In this document: piece after piece, positions 46,145-49,691 of the stretch | Layout of the letters: each line of letters starts with the position of its first letter | Numbering within the stretch: position 1 is the first letter of the stretch | From: Klebsormidium nitens | Lineage: Eukaryota; Plantae; Klebsormidiophyceae | Reading direction: 5' to 3' | NCBI GenBank assembly: GCA_000708835.1 | Contig: DF237153.1 | Location: 96,741 to 146,431 of the forward strand | Length of the DNA stretch: 49,691 nucleotides | Notes under the pieces: generated by a model | Seen by the model: the letters and a program-made list of their open reading frames with translations, nothing else | Databases searched by the model: none | Told to the model about the DNA's origin: nothing | Made by a program: the position numbers and the translations under genes

Positions 46145-49100
46145 ATGGCGCCCTCTTTCGGACACCTCCGTACGCTTTTGCTCCTTGCGCTGCTGTCCAC
46201 GACCGTGTCCAGCTCCAGCGCCGCGTGGTGGGGGGACATTCTGGCCCGCGTGGGGCCCCCCCGGAAACTGCTGCAGCAGGCGAATGTCCCAGTGACTGTG
46301 CAGTGTGTTAACATTCTGGACAACAACCAGATTGGGAACATCCCCAACTTGGACGTGGGGGCGATCCAGGCGATCGTATCGGCGCTGGGGGTCGGAGGGG
46401 CGCAGACGCCAACTGCCGTCCTGTTCAACGGTGAGTGCCGTTTGTCTTTCGGGTATTGCTGTGTTGCGGATGATGTCTGATGTTGTTTCCTTCACATTGA
46501 AGGGGGAGCAAGGTGCTGCCTTTGGGGTCTCAGATGGGAGAGAATAAACGGAAGGGGACTTTTGAGTGAATGTAGCTGGCAGCAATGAAACAGCCACTTT
46601 CCGGGATTACAATAACAACCATTGGGGGCAGCATTGTACTATTGCAAGGTCCAGGCTTTTGCTGGGAATCTCAATCAGCACATCAAGCTGGAACAGAATG
46701 AGCTCGCATCCAAGACGTAAGTCAGGGAGACCAGACTCTCTTACTCGGCAGTAGTGGCCCTCTGCTTCTCTAGTGCAGAAGGAGAAACTGTTGAGTACAC
46801 AGTAGCACACCCAAATAAGAAGAAGGCCTCAAACATTTTTATTTACCATGTCTGCTGGTGAATGAACATCAAAAAGGCGACAGCTTGGCATTGGACTTCT
46901 CTTGATTGATTGCGCTGCTCTTCCGTTCAGTTCAGACGTTAAGGATGAGCAGATTGACGAGCTGAGCTAGGAGGTCAGAGGCAGAGACTGCTCTTCTCGT
47001 TGTCAAGCGTGCAAAAGCGCTCTTCTGGAGTGCAATGCTCTCTGTCATTATGTACAAAACCGCACCTAAGTCCAAACTGAGACTCACTGAACTTCGTAAC
47101 AAGTGACTTTGAACCATTCTGTACTAGCTACTCGAAAACTTAATTTGCGCACGGTCGGGCTTCTGAAAACCCCAGTTTGAAAGCTGGTTCATGCTCTTCA
47201 ATACATGGGGCCCCCTTCAGAGACTCACCTGAATAGACTGCTGCTTGCATGCACATTTCTTTAGGTGAGCAGTCTTTTTGGGTGCTCTTGAACCAGGACA
47301 GAAACAAGTCAACTGATGTGAAACTTACACAGATCTTGTCGATTAGCCCTTCAAACAACGAAGTCACGAGCTCTGAGACCCTCAACACAACGTGGACCCG
47401 AAAAAGTTCCCGATCTGAACTTTTTCGATTCTTGTCAACCACCGAACTTTGTTCAGTACGAGCCATGTCCTTAACATCAGAAGTTGCATTTCAGGCAGCG
47501 GCACGGCTCTGCAGAGCCTTGCCAGCTGGCATTACCGATATGTCCATCTTTCTGGCCCGTACCAGGATAGACCTTTGCTGACGTCCTCGGCATTCGGTGG
47601 TTTAAGGACCTAAACATGAGAATTATGGCAGCTCAGGCTTCAGATTTTTATGATAACGGTTCAATTTTCTGGCAATGCTCTCAGGTCAGCAGAGTGTCAG
47701 CAGGTGTGCAGCTTGATGGTTGCAGCCTAGAGTCTTCTAGTCCTGCCACGTGTCCTTGAGGTCGCTCTAATACTTTCTCTGTATCTCCTTAGGTGGATCG
47801 AGCAGTGATATGGCGAGTGTCAAAAAGACCAGAATTGCCCGTTTCGTCGCTTGTCAGCCTGTTCGCCTTCGATCGAATCATCCTTCTCCCATTGTTATGG
47901 AATCATTCATACGAGCAAAAAACACGCAGATTTTTCTGTGATTCTTGACAGGCTTTCGAAGCAGAGGCCCTTTTCAGGTGCAAAAAACTTAAACAGTACG
48001 AGCACGAATAGCAAAGGCCCTCTAATTCGTCAAGTGTCAGACGCGTTTGCTACGATATACTCTTGATCTGTCCAAGCCACCATAGTTTCAACCTTTGTCG
48101 ACATCTCAGGCTCTCTCGTTTTGCCACGCGTCAAAATCCTCTTTCATCTCACCCGTTTCAGATGGTGTGTCCACCAACGACTGCGTGAACGACTTCGAGG
48201 CGAACAACAACGCGGTGTGTTCCTCCTTGCTCGGCGCTGTCAACATCGGGGGTCTGGGCCAGGGCACCCTCATCCAGTGCTTCCCGGCTTCCGGTAAGCT
48301 TGACCTACACATTTTCTTCATGACGGACTTATTGAGGAACACTAAGAGTCAGGTATAGTAAGCTCCAACTAACGTTAAATTCCTAACCCAACAAGTCACG
48401 TGCTCCGCACTCGTATCCATCCTAACCCCCAAACTAACCCCACCCGTCCCAAGCTGTCGAGCTTGTTATACTTGCCGCTTATCATTCGTAGATTAGTCCG
48501 AGGCTTTTTCTTCTCGACGAATCAAATCTAGCCGTTCGACCTGTCATTAAAGGCTGTCGCGTTGTCAAAAACGAAGTTGGGGGAGTGAATTGTGCATCTT
48601 CAATTAGCAGATGAATGTTGGCGAGTTCTGGGGGAGTGTCTTAGGGTTCGGCAGACCCCATAGCAGAGCGCTTGCTTCAATGGTCCGGACTGCTTCGCGG
48701 TTCGAATCTGGCCCGCTGAGCTCACAGTCTTGTGTCGATTGACCACGTTTTAGCCTGCCTTCTTATCTTCCCTTACCTCCTATTCTCACTTTCCCCACCT
48801 CTCCGTTTTCCCTGCGTTTGGAGTGTCTCTTATGAGTCTTTGAGCTGTGGCGACTTTACAAGTGGGATCAGACAGCTCCACATGTTTGGCTTACAGCTCA
48901 ATGCGTCGTTTAGAATTCTGTCAGCGGTTGTACTTCTACTTGTCCACTGACTGCAACAACCGATCTAAGGGGATCCCACTCAATTCGTTCGGATGCGTCT
49001 TCATGCCTTCGATAAAGCCGGTCACAGCGCCAACTGGCGGATTAAGACAACGACTCTGTAAATCCGTCGTTCATGGATTCGGGACCGCAGAATGTTTGGG

Positions 49101-49691
49101 TTCTTAACTGAGCTTGTTTCTGGGGTACTGTTTCTCAACGCAGATACCAAACCCTCAGAACCCTACCAAATCTGACTCTGCCGAGCCGTCCTCGTTTTAA
49201 GTCATCGATTAAAATCAAGAACAACGAACGGGTCGAATCATCAAGCTTGGATCGGTAAAGTCCTCGCTTGCTATGATAATGCGGGACAGCTTCGATGCAT
49301 AGTCATAATGACCGAACTGTGCCTCTTCTTGCAGGTGGAACACCTGCCCCGACGAATACCGGCTCCACAACCCCAGCCCCGACTAGCACGGATTCCACAA
49401 CCCCTGCGCCGACTACCGCTGCTCCTATGACCCCGGCCCCAACAACTGCAAGCCCCGTAACCTTTCCTCCTGTAACCCTTCCCCCCGGTGTCACCCTTCC
49501 TCCGGGCGTAACCCTTCCCCCGACCAACCCCATACCTGCCCCCACGACCCCTGAACCGACCACTCAGGCCCCGGTAACTCCTGCTCCGACCACCGCTGCC
49601 CCAACCACTCCTGCCCCCACAACAGCTGCCCCAAACACCCCTGCCCCGACTTCTCAGGCCCCGGTCACCCCTGCCCCGACCACTCCCGAAA
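46145..49691 (+). CDS. Secreted Pro/Thr-rich (mucin/HRGP-like) protein with an N-terminal 4-Cys domain; 3'-truncated by the window
   Basis: Exons 46145-46430 (signal peptide, then RKLLQQANVPVTVQC...), 48162-48293 and 49335 to beyond 49691 (GGTPAPTNTGSTTPAPTSTDSTTPAPTTAAP...). Both introns are GT-AG and phase 1; the frame stays open to the window end. Confidence 0.85.
49335..49691 (+). repeat. Coding TPAPT / VTLPPG repeats
   Basis: Repeated acccc(t/a/g)gc(c/t/g)cc(g/c/a)ac units encoding TPAPT(T/S/N), and VTLPP(G) x3. Confidence 0.9.

Noticed and set aside
49303-49563. Minus-strand ORF MVGSGVVGAG...
   Set aside because: It is the antisense reading of the TPAPT repeat exon.

Overview
Eukaryotic, intron-rich genomic DNA with GC-rich exons. 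A streptophyte/charophyte alga such as Klebsormidium is my inference, not a database result. Three genes can be reconstructed by hand. (1) A 3-exon secreted thaumatin-like (PR-5) gene on + (1671-4522). (2) A complete 44-exon DNA-PKcs (PRKDC) gene on - (ATG 39466, stop 6199, about 12.65 kb CDS, about 4,200 aa), with HEAT, PQR/ABCDE, YRPD, FAT, PI3K-like kinase and FATC regions all recognisable. (3) A secreted protein on + (46145 to beyond the window end) with a small 4-Cys N/Q/V/I-rich domain and a TPAPT mucin/HRGP-like stalk. The most notable signals lie inside PRKDC: a textbook U12-type AT-AC intron (30906-31331), two GC-AG introns, repeated tandem duplications of splice sites plus exon ends left in several introns, and a much expanded S/T-Q (ABCDE) cluster. 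Two apparent frame breaks (a G homopolymer and a 20-N gap) look like assembly artefacts. Most ORFs in the supplied track are antisense or out-of-frame shadows of GC-rich exons. No prokaryotic system, CRISPR array, rRNA or tRNA was seen.
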